From assembly GCA_963665295.1 (NCBI GenBank), contig OY762209.1:832001-896000 (forward strand): a stretch of DNA of 64,000 nt, given 5' to 3'. Positions 1-8,958 of this stretch are shown here, piece by piece. Within the stretch, counting starts at the first letter, position 1. Each line of letters begins with the position of its first letter. The DNA is from Syntrophorhabdaceae bacterium. Lineage in GTDB: Bacteria > Desulfobacterota > Syntrophorhabdia > Syntrophorhabdales > Syntrophorhabdaceae. Position numbers and translations under genes: made by a program. The notes below the pieces were generated by a model that was not told where the DNA came from, searched no databases, and saw nothing but the letters and a program-made list of their open reading frames with translations.

Positions 1-242
1 TGCACCAGCTCATCCTTCCAGGCGAAACCCACCTCAAAATGCGCTGAAGCATTCTGCTCCGTACAAAGAGCAATGAGCCGTTCCGCTGCTTCAACGACGG
101 CCGCGCCGGTTTGATCTATCAGCTTACCCGGAAAGGCCCTGGTAGTCAGATAAGAGCGCGTTGTGTCTTCTATCGTCCGAACCCAGGGAAACTCAGGTCT
201 CACACTGATTACAATATCAAACTCACGGCCCGTATTGTTCAT
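1..242 (-). CDS. Partial CDS running off the left edge; N-terminus loosely resembles an anti-sigma/HATPase-like ATP-binding domain
   Basis: Manual translation from ATG at 242 gives MNNTGREFDIVISVRPEFPWVRTIEDTTRSYLTTRAFPGKLIDQTGAAVVEAAERLIALC..., open to the edge. The family call is weak. Confidence 0.4.
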   Translation of the reverse strand, partial: MNNTGREFDIVISVRPEFPWVRTIEDTTRSYLTTRAFPGKLIDQTGAAVVEAAERLIALCTEQNASAHFEVGFAWKDELV

Positions 243-418
243 TGTCAGTTGATCTCATCGCGCAGCAATATGCCCGGAGGAGGCCGGACAGCCTTGTTTT
301 CCGCAAAGGAGGTGTCGAGGATTATCTTTTCTTTTCCCTCAAAAATTGCAGACCGCCGTTTTATCGAGACATTCCATCGCATCAGTGAACCGTTGAAGTG
401 TGGGCACGCAGGCACATG

Positions 419-568
419 CTAAGGGGCAACACGAGATTCCATGTCTTCATCTGTCATACTTATGTCCTGAGGCTTTGCCGGAATTACAAAGCAGAATGTC
501 TTTTCAGTCTGTTCAGCTGCTTTCACCTCCGCACCTTCAAGCACCTAAATTCCTTCAGCTTCCAATAA
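419..568 (-). pseudogene. Decayed second NHLP-leader precursor
   Basis: Translates LLEAEGI*VLEGAEVKAAEQTEKTFCFVIPAKPQDISMTDEDMESRVAP*, colinear with VLEAEGISVPQGVDVKVVEQTDTQIFFVIPRPPDSVSVTDVDTRRPA of 3451..3729. In-frame TAG at 545-547 and 419-421; N-terminal half missing. Confidence 0.8.
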
Positions 569-680
569 ATTACATTTCCGGGATAACGTGTCTCATGTTA
601 TCAAGAGAGACAGGTGTTGTCAATCTGATTCGGAAGCAGGCCGGCAAATACGTCACAGACATATTGACCGCTCTGGAAAC

Positions 681-745
681 GCAGAGTATGCCGGGCGTGC
701 AGCGCACCCGGAGAACCGAATGCCCGGCACAATCACCCTGACCAC
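681..745 (-). pseudogene. Remnant of a second YcaO C-terminus
   Basis: VVRVIVPGIR then, after a frameshift, VRCTPGILC, versus VVKVIVPGLRHFWARYAPGRLY in the intact gene. DNA 723-745 resembles 1060-1083. Confidence 0.65.
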
Positions 746-938
746 CTGAAGAATATAGATTTTTAAAAACTGTATCCTTTGTGTAAAGTTTTCATCAGGA
801 AGCCCCGGATATAAAGCTGCCTGTTTCCGGATGGAGACTATCTAACTCTGCCCTGTGGGCCCAGAGAAGTCAGCGGCAGGGTGCACAAAGGGAAATGAGA
901 GCGATGGCGCTTAAGTCCGGTCCTTAAATGTTCTTTAA

Positions 939-3188
939 TTAAAGAAACATCGGAATAGGATTCAGTTCTTCTTCAACAAGGGGCCTGTCCAGCCGGCCCA
1001 TTGCTGCCGGCACATCGTAAAGCCTGCCGGGCGCGTAGCGTGCCCAGAAATGGCGAAGACCCGGCACAATCACCTTGACTACCGGCATACTTATGTCGGG
1101 ACGGGTTTGGTCAAGGACCAGCACTTCCATGCCTCGTTCCTCTACGCGGCGGCGGCATTCCATAATGTCCCGAAGAAGATCGCCGCTATGGAGCACACGG
1201 TAATCGTTCAGGGTGCGCGGCGGTACTCCTGCATCCGGGACTACATAAGGCCGGTTGGCGCGGGTTGCAGTTGTGAGCCACGACAGCACTTCATCATCCT
1301 CAATAATGAGTTCACCCTGTCGGTCTTTCTCACGGGCAATACCGAGCATCTGGTTCATCTCCGCCAGGGCGCGCTGAAGGGCGATGCGGGTGTCGAGGTG
1401 ACAGCCGAGGCCGAAAAGAATGCGCTCCTCCGGCCCGTCTCTCAATGCTGAGAATGCCGCAAAGGCGGGAATGCCGAGGTCGCTTGTGATGTCGAGGGCC
1501 CACAGATCACGTCCCAATGTCCTGTAATGGACGGCAAGGTCGGTAAACCAGGGTACACTGAAGCCTGATATGTCCACTCCCGGTTTTGGCAGCATATTGT
1601 ACCACCAGAGAGCCGTTGCATCACGCTCTACAAGTTCGAGAAAGCCCTGCAAGACTGCTTCCTCAAGGGTATTACCCGAAGCGTTGCCGTTGGAACATCC
1701 GATGCAGTAACGGGTATCGCAATCCTCCCCAGCCCTGGCCCTGAAGTAGAGGATCTGGGTGGGTAGATATTTGTGGCGTTCTTCCGTGAGCGACCAGACT
1801 GGGGTCCAATCAACACGGACTTCCTCGTCGAAGGGTTCGGGAACACTGTTGAATTTGGATTTGCGGGCGTTCCAGGCTTCTCGTTCGGCATACTGCCGAT
1901 CACTGTAACGCATTACCGTGTTCGGGTGGATTACCGACTCGCCGTATCGAGCCCGCATTTCCTGAAAGCTGCCCGGTATCCGGATCTCCGAGCCGTCCGC
2001 CTCGCCGCAGTAACGTTCCAATGCCTCGCACAGGGCACTGGCCCGTGCCTGGGTTTCAGAGGCTCCCTTGCCTGCACTTGCGTTTCGCAACCCCATTTTC
2101 AGGTCATCCAGTCGATCCAGCCTCATTGCGAAATTGTGTCCGGCCGTGTAAACATGGACAACGCCGTCGGCGCCGAAGGCGCACTCAAGCGCACTGACAA
2201 TTCCTGTAATGGGGCTGACCAGATGTTCGTATTTCTTTAAGGTCGCTTCGGGCGGGACGGTGCGGTGCCCTCCGTCCTCGGCAAATGTCACGCTTGCACT
2301 CTCCAGTCTCACGGGTGAGGCAGCACGAGGAGGCGGATTGCCGCAGATTGGGCAGGAGGGGTTGCGGATGAGATCATGGGTACGCGAAGCCCAGGTGCGT
2401 GTATCAAGGGAAAGTATCCTGCCTTTGAGTCCGTCCGCTGCCCCGGCTATTGCCTTGGCAACTTCGATGGTGGCAAACTCGCAGGCGGCCCGTATACTTC
2501 CGTGTAAATTAGTTAGCGGCAGTTCGGTCTTGATACCCTTGGCTGCAATGAAGCCCTGTATCAGGCGATGGCGTGCCAGTTTGTGCCTCAGACATGCAAG
2601 GCAGCCTGTTTCTCCCGGAACGAAAAGGGGGCCTATCCATATCTCGAAACCGGCAGGACGAAGAAGCAGCAAGCGCCGTCCTGCTGCCCGGGCTTCCAGG
2701 GCAATATTCTGCAGTTCATCGCGCAGATAGTCATCTACCGCCACTATGTCGAAGGTGCTTTCATTCTCATTTCGGGTCACGTGAATTTTTAAATCCGAGA
2801 GGGAATCAAGAAGAGGTTTCGGTTCCAGGCTGCCGACAGTCAGAATCCGCACTTTCGAAGCGCGCAGAGCGGCCTCAGACGAGTCCGGGTCGAGTCCGAG
2901 TCCGTGCCAGAAGCCTGCATGTGCTGCTTCCATCCCAGGCCTGCTTTCGGTAATATATCCCTTTTTTTCCAGGAGTATCAGGGCATAATAAACTTTGGAG
3001 GCATCAATTTCCTCTGACAGGATTTCAGCAATGTCGTCTGCGCTGCGCACCCCGTCGATTAGAGGCACTACACGTTCGAAAAGTACGCTGTGAAGGGCAG
3101 CAGCGTTTTCCTCAGAGAGTACAAGAACACCTTCATCAGGAATTGGCACAGGCTGCAAGTGTGCTTTGAATGCCGGAACTCTGATCAT
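939..3188 (-). CDS. TOMM fused cyclodehydratase (leader-binding/E1-like domain + YcaO)
   Basis: GPLFVPGETGCLACL and PSCPICG zinc motifs, DGGHR, ALCEALERY, SNGNASGNTLEEAVLQGFLELVERDA, and the Pro-rich C-terminus NPIPMFL typical of azoline-forming YcaO. Confidence 0.93.
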   Translation of the reverse strand: MIRVPAFKAHLQPVPIPDEGVLVLSEENAAALHSVLFERVVPLIDGVRSADDIAEILSEEIDASKVYYALILLEKKGYITESRPGMEAAHAGFWHGLGLDPDSSEAALRASKVRILTVGSLEPKPLLDSLSDLKIHVTRNENESTFDIVAVDDYLRDELQNIALEARAAGRRLLLLRPAGFEIWIGPLFVPGETGCLACLRHKLARHRLIQGFIAAKGIKTELPLTNLHGSIRAACEFATIEVAKAIAGAADGLKGRILSLDTRTWASRTHDLIRNPSCPICGNPPPRAASPVRLESASVTFAEDGGHRTVPPEATLKKYEHLVSPITGIVSALECAFGADGVVHVYTAGHNFAMRLDRLDDLKMGLRNASAGKGASETQARASALCEALERYCGEADGSEIRIPGSFQEMRARYGESVIHPNTVMRYSDRQYAEREAWNARKSKFNSVPEPFDEEVRVDWTPVWSLTEERHKYLPTQILYFRARAGEDCDTRYCIGCSNGNASGNTLEEAVLQGFLELVERDATALWWYNMLPKPGVDISGFSVPWFTDLAVHYRTLGRDLWALDITSDLGIPAFAAFSALRDGPEERILFGLGCHLDTRIALQRALAEMNQMLGIAREKDRQGELIIEDDEVLSWLTTATRANRPYVVPDAGVPPRTLNDYRVLHSGDLLRDIMECRRRVEERGMEVLVLDQTRPDISMPVVKVIVPGLRHFWARYAPGRLYDVPAAMGRLDRPLVEEELNPIPMFL

Positions 3189-3450
3189 TGCGATATCTCC
3201 TTTGACTGTGTTTGAATTATACTATTGCAGTGTTTCTTTTTTCAAATCCTCCGCAATCTGCCCGGCCTTTCCTTCAGAATTTATCGCGTCAACATATTCG
3301 GCAGCCGGTTCGGGTGCAAAATTTAAAGCTCTTTGCTGAACCTGCCGCCGGAGATTTTACATTGATGTTTTTTCGATGATAATATATAAAGCTGAGGACA
3401 GGTAAAACAGCTCGATCAGATTGTCACTGAACTAAAAAAGGAGGGTAATA

Positions 3451-3729
3451 ATGGAAGAAGAAAAGAATGAACAGAGCAAAAAAGTGGCGAAGCTGATCGC
3501 CATGGCTTGGAGTGATGAATCCTTCAAGGAGAGGCTCATGGCAGATCCCCGCGCAGTATTGGAGGCTGAGGGAATTAGTGTTCCACAGGGGGTTGATGTC
3601 AAGGTTGTGGAGCAGACAGACACACAGATCTTTTTCGTGATTCCGAGACCACCAGACAGTGTCAGTGTCACGGATGTTGACACTCGACGTCCTGCCTTCC
3701 CTATGTTATCTAGTTATACTTGTCAATAA
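3451..3729 (+). CDS. NHLP (nitrile hydratase leader peptide) family RiPP precursor
   Basis: LIAMAWSDESFKERLMADPRAVLEAEGISVPQGVDVKVVE leader signature; AGGAGG RBS; short C-terminal FPMLSSYTCQ core candidate; divergent from the YcaO gene. Confidence 0.9.
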   Translation: MEEEKNEQSKKVAKLIAMAWSDESFKERLMADPRAVLEAEGISVPQGVDVKVVEQTDTQIFFVIPRPPDSVSVTDVDTRRPAFPMLSSYTCQ

Positions 3730-3823
3730 ATATGCCATTTTTTACTGTGCAACTGTAGAGAAACGACAGAGACGGTCAAGTCCTTTTAGACAATCCCCGA
3801 CAGCGTTTGCGTGGAGGGAAGTG

Positions 3824-3903
3824 GGGTCAAATCTTTATTCTTGACAAAAGGCGTTTCAGCCGGCCAAAAGTCAAGAATAAACATGAGAATAAAGATTTGA
3901 CCC
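3824..3903. mobile_element. Short non-autonomous inverted-repeat element (MITE/REPIN-like)
   Basis: 18-bp perfect inverted ends GGGTCAAATCTTTATTCT (3824-3841) and AGAATAAAGATTTGACCC (3886-3903), plus an internal partial copy at 3870-3881. Confidence 0.65.
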
Positions 3904-4226
3904 TTGGCCCCCGCTCGCCTAGATATTCCCGGTGCCCTTCCCCAAGTCAACTAAGGCTCGTTGGACTATCGAGGAACATTGTTTGGGGGGAACATACGGG
4001 ACGCTCTTGAACTGTTGATTTCTGAGAAGTAAGTGGCGTTGGCGTGGCTTTCTTGCGCAATATCTAAGGCATATTACCGACCACGCGAGAAATTACTACA
4101 TCCAAACGATCGGATAGACCGGGGGACAGGGCTTGTACTCATCCGCTTCCGCTCCTTTCGCCACGGGTGATTGGTGATAGCGGATTATTTGTTATGCCTG
4201 GCGCGTCTCCTAAAATTACTTAGCGC

Positions 4227-4255
4227 TTGCCGTCTAACGCGGGCCGTTATACAAT
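4227..4255 (+). promoter_or_regulatory. Putative higBA promoter with operator palindrome
   Basis: TTGCCG-17 bp-TACAAT, with a TAACG-N5-CGTTA palindrome in the spacer. Confidence 0.55.
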
Positions 4256-4269
4256 GAGGCAATAAGGGG

Positions 4270-4551
4270 ATGATAAAGTCATTTAGAGATAAAAAGACTG
4301 AGAAGGTATATACCCGTGAAGGTTCACACAAGCTGCCCCCGGATATGCAGCAGGTGGCACTCAGGAAGCTCCGGATGATAAACAATGCCAAAAGCATGGA
4401 CGATCTGAGAGTGCCTCCCGCAGATAGGCTTGAAAAGCTGAAGGGCGACCGGGATGGGCAACTCGGTATAAGAATCAACGACCAATGGCGTATCTGCTTT
4501 GTCTGGAAGGACGACGACGCCGGCGAAGTTGAGATAAGGGACTATCATTAG
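4270..4551 (+). CDS. higB: HigB (RelE/ParE superfamily) toxin
   Basis: MIKSFRDK...DLRVPPADRLEKLKGDRDGQLGIRINDQWRICFVW...EIRDYH. Confidence 0.92.
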   Translation: MIKSFRDKKTEKVYTREGSHKLPPDMQQVALRKLRMINNAKSMDDLRVPPADRLEKLKGDRDGQLGIRINDQWRICFVWKDDDAGEVEIRDYH

Positions 4552-4561
4552 GAGGAGTGTC

Positions 4562-4873
4562 ATGAAGAAAGCTCTGCACCCGGTGCATCCCGGAGAGGTC
4601 CTTTTGGAGGAATTCCTAAAGCCTCTCGACATAAGCCAAAACAGGCTCGCCCTCTCCATTGGCGTACCTGCACGCCGGATAAATGAGATAGTGCTCGAAA
4701 AAAGGCGTGTTACCGCCGATACGGCCTTGAGGCTCGCGCGGTTTTTCGGCAACTCCGCCGAATTCTGGCTGGGCCTCCAGGCGCAGTATGACCTCGATCT
4801 CGCCGCAGAGGCCCTGGGTGACCGCCTCACCAAGGAGGTGAGGACCTACGCGGATACCGGGACCGGGACATAG
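4562..4873 (+). CDS. higA: HigA antitoxin (HTH)
   Basis: HPGEVLLEEFLKPLDISQNRLA...RINEIV...TADTALRLARFFG...FWLGLQ; directly downstream of the toxin. Confidence 0.93.
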   Translation: MKKALHPVHPGEVLLEEFLKPLDISQNRLALSIGVPARRINEIVLEKRRVTADTALRLARFFGNSAEFWLGLQAQYDLDLAAEALGDRLTKEVRTYADTGTGT

Positions 4874-5039
4874 GATTCAAATAGGATGATGTAATGTAAA
4901 CAACCTTATCTTACCGCGCTCACGTGTGAGGCGTGCGTCGATTGGACGAGCCGGTGTGCGCGTTATTAAAGGCTTGTGCCGTATCGTTTAATACGCATAT
5001 CCAACACGCAAGAAAGTTTATTAAGAAGGCCGTCTCAAA

Positions 5040-5201
5040 ATCGACAAATAGCCACAGCATTCTGCCGAGCCTTGTGCTTACCTCCTTGAGCCGAGGGAGT
5101 TCCTGGAGATACTTCTCACTTCCGACACGAAGACCGCACAGAGGGCCTGTATCGCAGTTCAAGTTGATGAGTTGATCGGAGGTGGAGGACTAAACTGTTA
5201 C
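5040..5201 (+). pseudogene. Divergent, decayed 3' end of an IS66-family element
   Basis: HSILPSLVLTS matches HSILPSLIITS of the intact transposase; ends in the terminal repeat GAGGACTAAACTGTTAC (5185-5201). Confidence 0.7.
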
Positions 5202-5254
5202 ATCAGGGAGGGGTACGGATGTCAAGGGAATTTGATTATTTCACGGACGTCCCT
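5202..5254 (-). mobile_element. Isolated left end/promoter of the RAYT-like element
   Basis: The reverse complement AGGGACGTCCGTGAAATAATCAAATTCCCTTGACATCCGTACCCCTCCCTGAT matches the left ends at 16938, 28435 and 40955. Confidence 0.85.
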
Positions 5255-5275
5255 AATGTCCCCCCTAATGTCCCC

Positions 5276-5555
5276 CTTCACGTTCCTTCGCTATCCGGGA
5301 GTACCACCTACCAACAACCAGGCAGAACAGTCGATCCGCTTCCTGGTGATCATGAGGAAGCTCATGTTCGGTACGCGGTCGGCAACGGGACTGAAGACCC
5401 ACAGTATCCTGCCGAGTCTCATCATTACTTCCATGAGGCAAGGGAACGATCCACGGAAGTTCCTGGAGACGCTCCTGGTGTCGGATACCGTGACGGCACA
5501 GGCGGCACTGTATCGCAATGGGGCGAGGGCTCCGTGAGGGGGACTAAACTGTTAC
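5276..5555 (+). pseudogene. IS66-family transposase 3' fragment with terminal inverted repeat
   Basis: Near-identical to the reverse complement of 14977-15256 (FTFLRYPGVPPTNNQAEQSIR...); ends GGGGACTAAACTGTTAC. Confidence 0.92.
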
Positions 5556-5759
5556 AGGATAAAAGGAATCAAACCTGCCCCCGCAGGGGGCTATTACAAC
5601 ATTCGGGACTGGTTCATTTCCTCACCATAGAGTCAGGGGCTCGGGAAAACCTCTTAGCGACGGGTAACTGTCCCTACTCCGGAAAAAGGGCGCAATGGTG
5701 TTCATAACCCCTCTGCCTTGAAGAAATGCTCTTGCTCATGTGTCAGCTTCGAAAGCTCT

Positions 5760-5799
5760 TCTGACGGAATTGTATACCATTTCTGATAGTTCCGTCAGA
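5760..5799. promoter_or_regulatory. Putative upstream activator (enhancer) site
   Basis: TCTGACGGAA (5760-5769) and TTCCGTCAGA (5790-5799) form an inverted repeat upstream of the sigma54 promoter. Confidence 0.45.
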
Positions 5800-5850
5800 C
5801 GAACTGCGTTCTCTTATCATAACATAGTGATTTTACACCATTTATCATTC

Positions 5851-5865
5851 AGGCATAATTCTTGC
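5851..5865 (+). promoter_or_regulatory. Sigma54 (-24/-12) promoter
   Basis: AGGCATAATTCTTGC has exact GG-N10-GC spacing; a sigma54 activator gene lies at the end of the same gene run. Confidence 0.7.
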
Positions 5866-6022
5866 CTCTGACAATTGACATGCCGCTGGCACATGACAAT
5901 CGGGAATCTCGAAAATGCGGGTACAGTGGACGGTCGGGAAACGGGCCTTGGGTGGCGGCAAAGGAGCCCGCTTGACGAGGCATTTATGTGCCGCATTCAT
6001 ACGCAACTGACGAGGAAGACAA

Positions 6023-6712
6023 ATGGGTAAGAATGGAAATGCAGGGTTATGTAAGATCGGGGTCTACATCTGTAATTGCGGCGCAAACTTCGGACCGGCC
6101 GCGGACGTGCACGCAATCTCCGAGTTCGCCTTCACCCTTCCCGGAGTGGCGCTGGTAAGGGAACAGCAGTACATATGTGCGGAGGGGGGACAACAGATCA
6201 TCCGCCAGGACATACCAGTCTCTCTTCTCGACCGGTTACTCATTGTAGCCTGCTCTCCGCAGGCCTACCAGGCGGCCATCTTGGACGCTGCCGCGCGGGC
6301 GGGTCTGAACCCGTTCTATGTCGCTATGGTGAATATCTGGGGACTCGAGACTACGACGGTAATCCGCCTGGTAAAGGCCACCGTCGCCCGCCTGGCGAGG
6401 ATGGAAGATCTGCTCCTGCGCAACAAGCCGGTGATGCCGGTCGCAGTGGTGGTTGCCGGTGACCAGGCCGGGATCGAGTCCGCACGAAATATGGCAGATG
6501 ACGGCTATAAGGTTTATCTGGTGGTAACCCGACCGTCGGCGGCCGGGCCTGATACTCAGCCCGGCGGAAAGTGTCCTCTCCCTTTTAATCCGGAGTGTAC
6601 CGAGTGCTGGATAGGTCCGGAAAACGTGATGGACGCCTGCCGGCATCCCAATATTACGCTGCTTACGTGCAGCGAATCAGGTTCACGGGTGGTGTTCATG
6701 GAAAACATGTAA
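6023..6712 (+). CDS. Short HdrA-like protein (N-terminal part of heterodisulfide reductase subunit A)
   Basis: KIGVYICNCG, YIC, DRLLIVACSP, AGLNPFYVAMVNI, RHPNITLLT; FAD-binding GxGxxG is degenerate (VAGDQAG); only 229 aa. Confidence 0.7.
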   Translation: MGKNGNAGLCKIGVYICNCGANFGPAADVHAISEFAFTLPGVALVREQQYICAEGGQQIIRQDIPVSLLDRLLIVACSPQAYQAAILDAAARAGLNPFYVAMVNIWGLETTTVIRLVKATVARLARMEDLLLRNKPVMPVAVVVAGDQAGIESARNMADDGYKVYLVVTRPSAAGPDTQPGGKCPLPFNPECTECWIGPENVMDACRHPNITLLTCSESGSRVVFMENM

Positions 6713-6841
6713 CGGCCGGAGCTTCAGACACCCCGGCCTTTAGATTGATCGCAGGAAAGCATAACGGTGTCCGCTCCGCCGCATCCAAAGCGGCGAAGAA
6801 AGAGCCGTCTCACATCGGATCCCGCAGGAGGTGCTAAGAAC

Positions 6842-7663
6842 ATGCATATCATCGTTTGTATCAAAATGGTTCCGGATACGACACAGGTCAAAATCGACCC
6901 GGTCACAAACACATTGGTGCGGGAGGGCATCCCGTTCATAACGAATCCCTTTGACGCCCCCGCGGTTGAAGAAGCCCTGAAGATAAAGGACCAACACGGG
7001 GCCAAAGTAACTATTCTCTCCATGGGGCCGCCCACCGCCGACGCCGTGATACGTAAGGCAATCGCCATGGGCGCCGACGAAGGCGTTCTCCTGAGCGACA
7101 GGGTATTCGGAGGCGCCGACACGCTCGCCACGAGCAAGGTCCTCGCCCACGCGATAAGTGAACTGTCCAAGGCGGACATGGTTGACATTGTGATGTGCGG
7201 CCGGCAAACCATAGACGGGGATACCGCCCAGGTGGGTCCGGGTATTGCAACCCGGCTCGGCTTTTCACAGATTACGCTGGTCGACAAGGTAATTTCAGTG
7301 GACAGCGAAGGAAAGAAGATAACGGTAAGAAGGAAGACGGACGAGTATCACGAGGTTGTCGAAGCCAAATGGCCCGCCCTGATCACCATAGAAAGGGAGG
7401 CAAATACGCCCCGGTATCCCTCCATTCCCCGTCGCCTGTACGCCGAAGACGTGACTATCCCCGTGTGGAACAACTATTTCTTCAGACTGGATCCCGAGAC
7501 CATCGGCTTGAAGGGCTCTCCGACCTTCGTGAAACGCATCTTTGCCCCGGAGGTAAGAAAAGGCGAGATCTTCACAGGAAACGGGGAAGGCCCTCAGGGG
7601 ATGGCAAACGTGATCCTGGAGAAGCTTGACGAATGGAAGGTGACGAATGTCGACCACAGGTAA
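6842..7663 (+). CDS. etfB: Electron transfer flavoprotein beta subunit
   Basis: MHIIVCIKMVPDT, FGGADTLATS, CGRQTIDGDTAQVGP; start moved to ATG 6842, after AGGAGG. Confidence 0.93.
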   Translation: MHIIVCIKMVPDTTQVKIDPVTNTLVREGIPFITNPFDAPAVEEALKIKDQHGAKVTILSMGPPTADAVIRKAIAMGADEGVLLSDRVFGGADTLATSKVLAHAISELSKADMVDIVMCGRQTIDGDTAQVGPGIATRLGFSQITLVDKVISVDSEGKKITVRRKTDEYHEVVEAKWPALITIEREANTPRYPSIPRRLYAEDVTIPVWNNYFFRLDPETIGLKGSPTFVKRIFAPEVRKGEIFTGNGEGPQGMANVILEKLDEWKVTNVDHR

Positions 7664-8945
7664 GAAGAAAAGGGCGAAGTGGCAGATACGGCTGGCGCCG
7701 GACAAGTGTATTGCCTGCGGGAAATGTGAGCCCATCTGTCCCGCGGATGCGGTGGAGTATGATCTGAAGGGTGTGCCGGTCATCGATGCCGAAAAGTGTA
7801 CCGGCTGCAGAAAGTGCGTAAGGATGTGCCCTGCCGAATGCCTTGAAGCATTGGCGCTTGCCGGGGAGGGTCCTGTGGGCGCTGAAGAAACCGACGCTCC
7901 CGAGGTTGAATCGGCTGCTCCCACAAACGGGTCTTGGAAAGGCGTGTGGGTATTCGTCGAGCTTCAGGACGGGAAAGCGAACCAGGTCTCCTGGGAACTG
8001 CTGGGGGTAGGGAAGACGCTGGCCCGGGATCTCGACGTGGATCTCTCGGCGGTGATTCTCGGCGACAGGGTGGAGCACTTTATCATGGAGGCTTTCGGGT
8101 ATGGGGCCGACAAGGTCTACGTCATTGACGACCCGGTTCTGAAGCTCTACCGGACCAAGCCCTACCTTGACAGTTTGGTATATCTGGCCAACAAGCATCG
8201 CCCGGAGATTGTTCTTATAGGAGCTACGCCGCAGGGGCGGGACCTCGCCGGAGCCATTTCGACCGTGCTCAATACAGGGCTCACCGCCGACTGTACGGGT
8301 CTCGGCATAGACAAAGCCAGAAGGCTCCTGGAGCAGACGCGTCCCGCCTTCGGCGGCAATGTAATGGCCACAATTCTTACCGAGCACGCTCGTCCCCAGA
8401 TGGCGTCGGTCAGGCCCAGGGTCATGCCCGTGCCCCCATTTCTTGAGGGGAGGGCGGGCGAGCTTATCAGGGAGTCGATTATTCTCAACGAGGAAGATAT
8501 TGCAACAAAAATCCTTGAAATGACACGTATAAGGTCTGAAACGGACGTAGACATCCGTGCCACAGATATTATTGTGAGCGGCGGGAAAGGCATGCTGGAG
8601 AAAAAGAACTTCGCCTTGCTCGAGGAACTCGCCGGCGTGCTCGGGGGAGTCGTAGGAGCATCCAGGTGCGCGGTGGACGCGGGATGGATGTCCTACGACA
8701 GACAGGTAGGCCAGACAGGCAAAACGGTGCGTCCGAAACTCTATGTCGCGTGCGGCATCTCGGGAGCCATTCAGCACCTGGTGGGGATGCAGAACGCCGA
8801 ACACATCATCGCGATCAACAAAGACAGGAATGCGCCCATATTTGAAGTCGCTCACGTGGGGATAGTGGGCGACCTGTTTGAGATTATACCGAGCCTCCTT
8901 GACAGCCTGAAAAGAAAAGGCGGAGAGGCCATCCCAAAAACGTGA
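7647..8945 (+). CDS. etfA: Electron transfer flavoprotein alpha subunit with N-terminal 2[4Fe-4S] ferredoxin
   Basis: CIACGKCEPICP and CTGCRKCVRMCP; GLTADCT, RQVGQTGKTVRPKLYVACGISGAIQHLVGM. Confidence 0.93.
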   Translation: MSTTGKKKRAKWQIRLAPDKCIACGKCEPICPADAVEYDLKGVPVIDAEKCTGCRKCVRMCPAECLEALALAGEGPVGAEETDAPEVESAAPTNGSWKGVWVFVELQDGKANQVSWELLGVGKTLARDLDVDLSAVILGDRVEHFIMEAFGYGADKVYVIDDPVLKLYRTKPYLDSLVYLANKHRPEIVLIGATPQGRDLAGAISTVLNTGLTADCTGLGIDKARRLLEQTRPAFGGNVMATILTEHARPQMASVRPRVMPVPPFLEGRAGELIRESIILNEEDIATKILEMTRIRSETDVDIRATDIIVSGGKGMLEKKNFALLEELAGVLGGVVGASRCAVDAGWMSYDRQVGQTGKTVRPKLYVACGISGAIQHLVGMQNAEHIIAINKDRNAPIFEVAHVGIVGDLFEIIPSLLDSLKRKGGEAIPKT

Positions 8946-8958
8946 GAAAGGAGCCTGT

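Noticed and set aside
245..568. TAG readthrough (pyrrolysine or recoding) of the second NHLP; the frame stays open from the second TAG to a TGA just before the next gene
   Set aside because: There is no start or N-terminal leader half, and TAG is a genuine stop in many genes here (higB, higA, hsdR). Decay is the simpler explanation.
4185..4970. higBA as an integron cassette (GTTATGC at 4190, GTTATTA near 4962)
   Set aside because: I could not build convincing attC stem-loops, and there is no integrase in the window.
6023..6712. Selenocysteine readthrough extending the HdrA-like ORF
   Set aside because: The ORF ends in TAA, and etfB follows within 130 bp.
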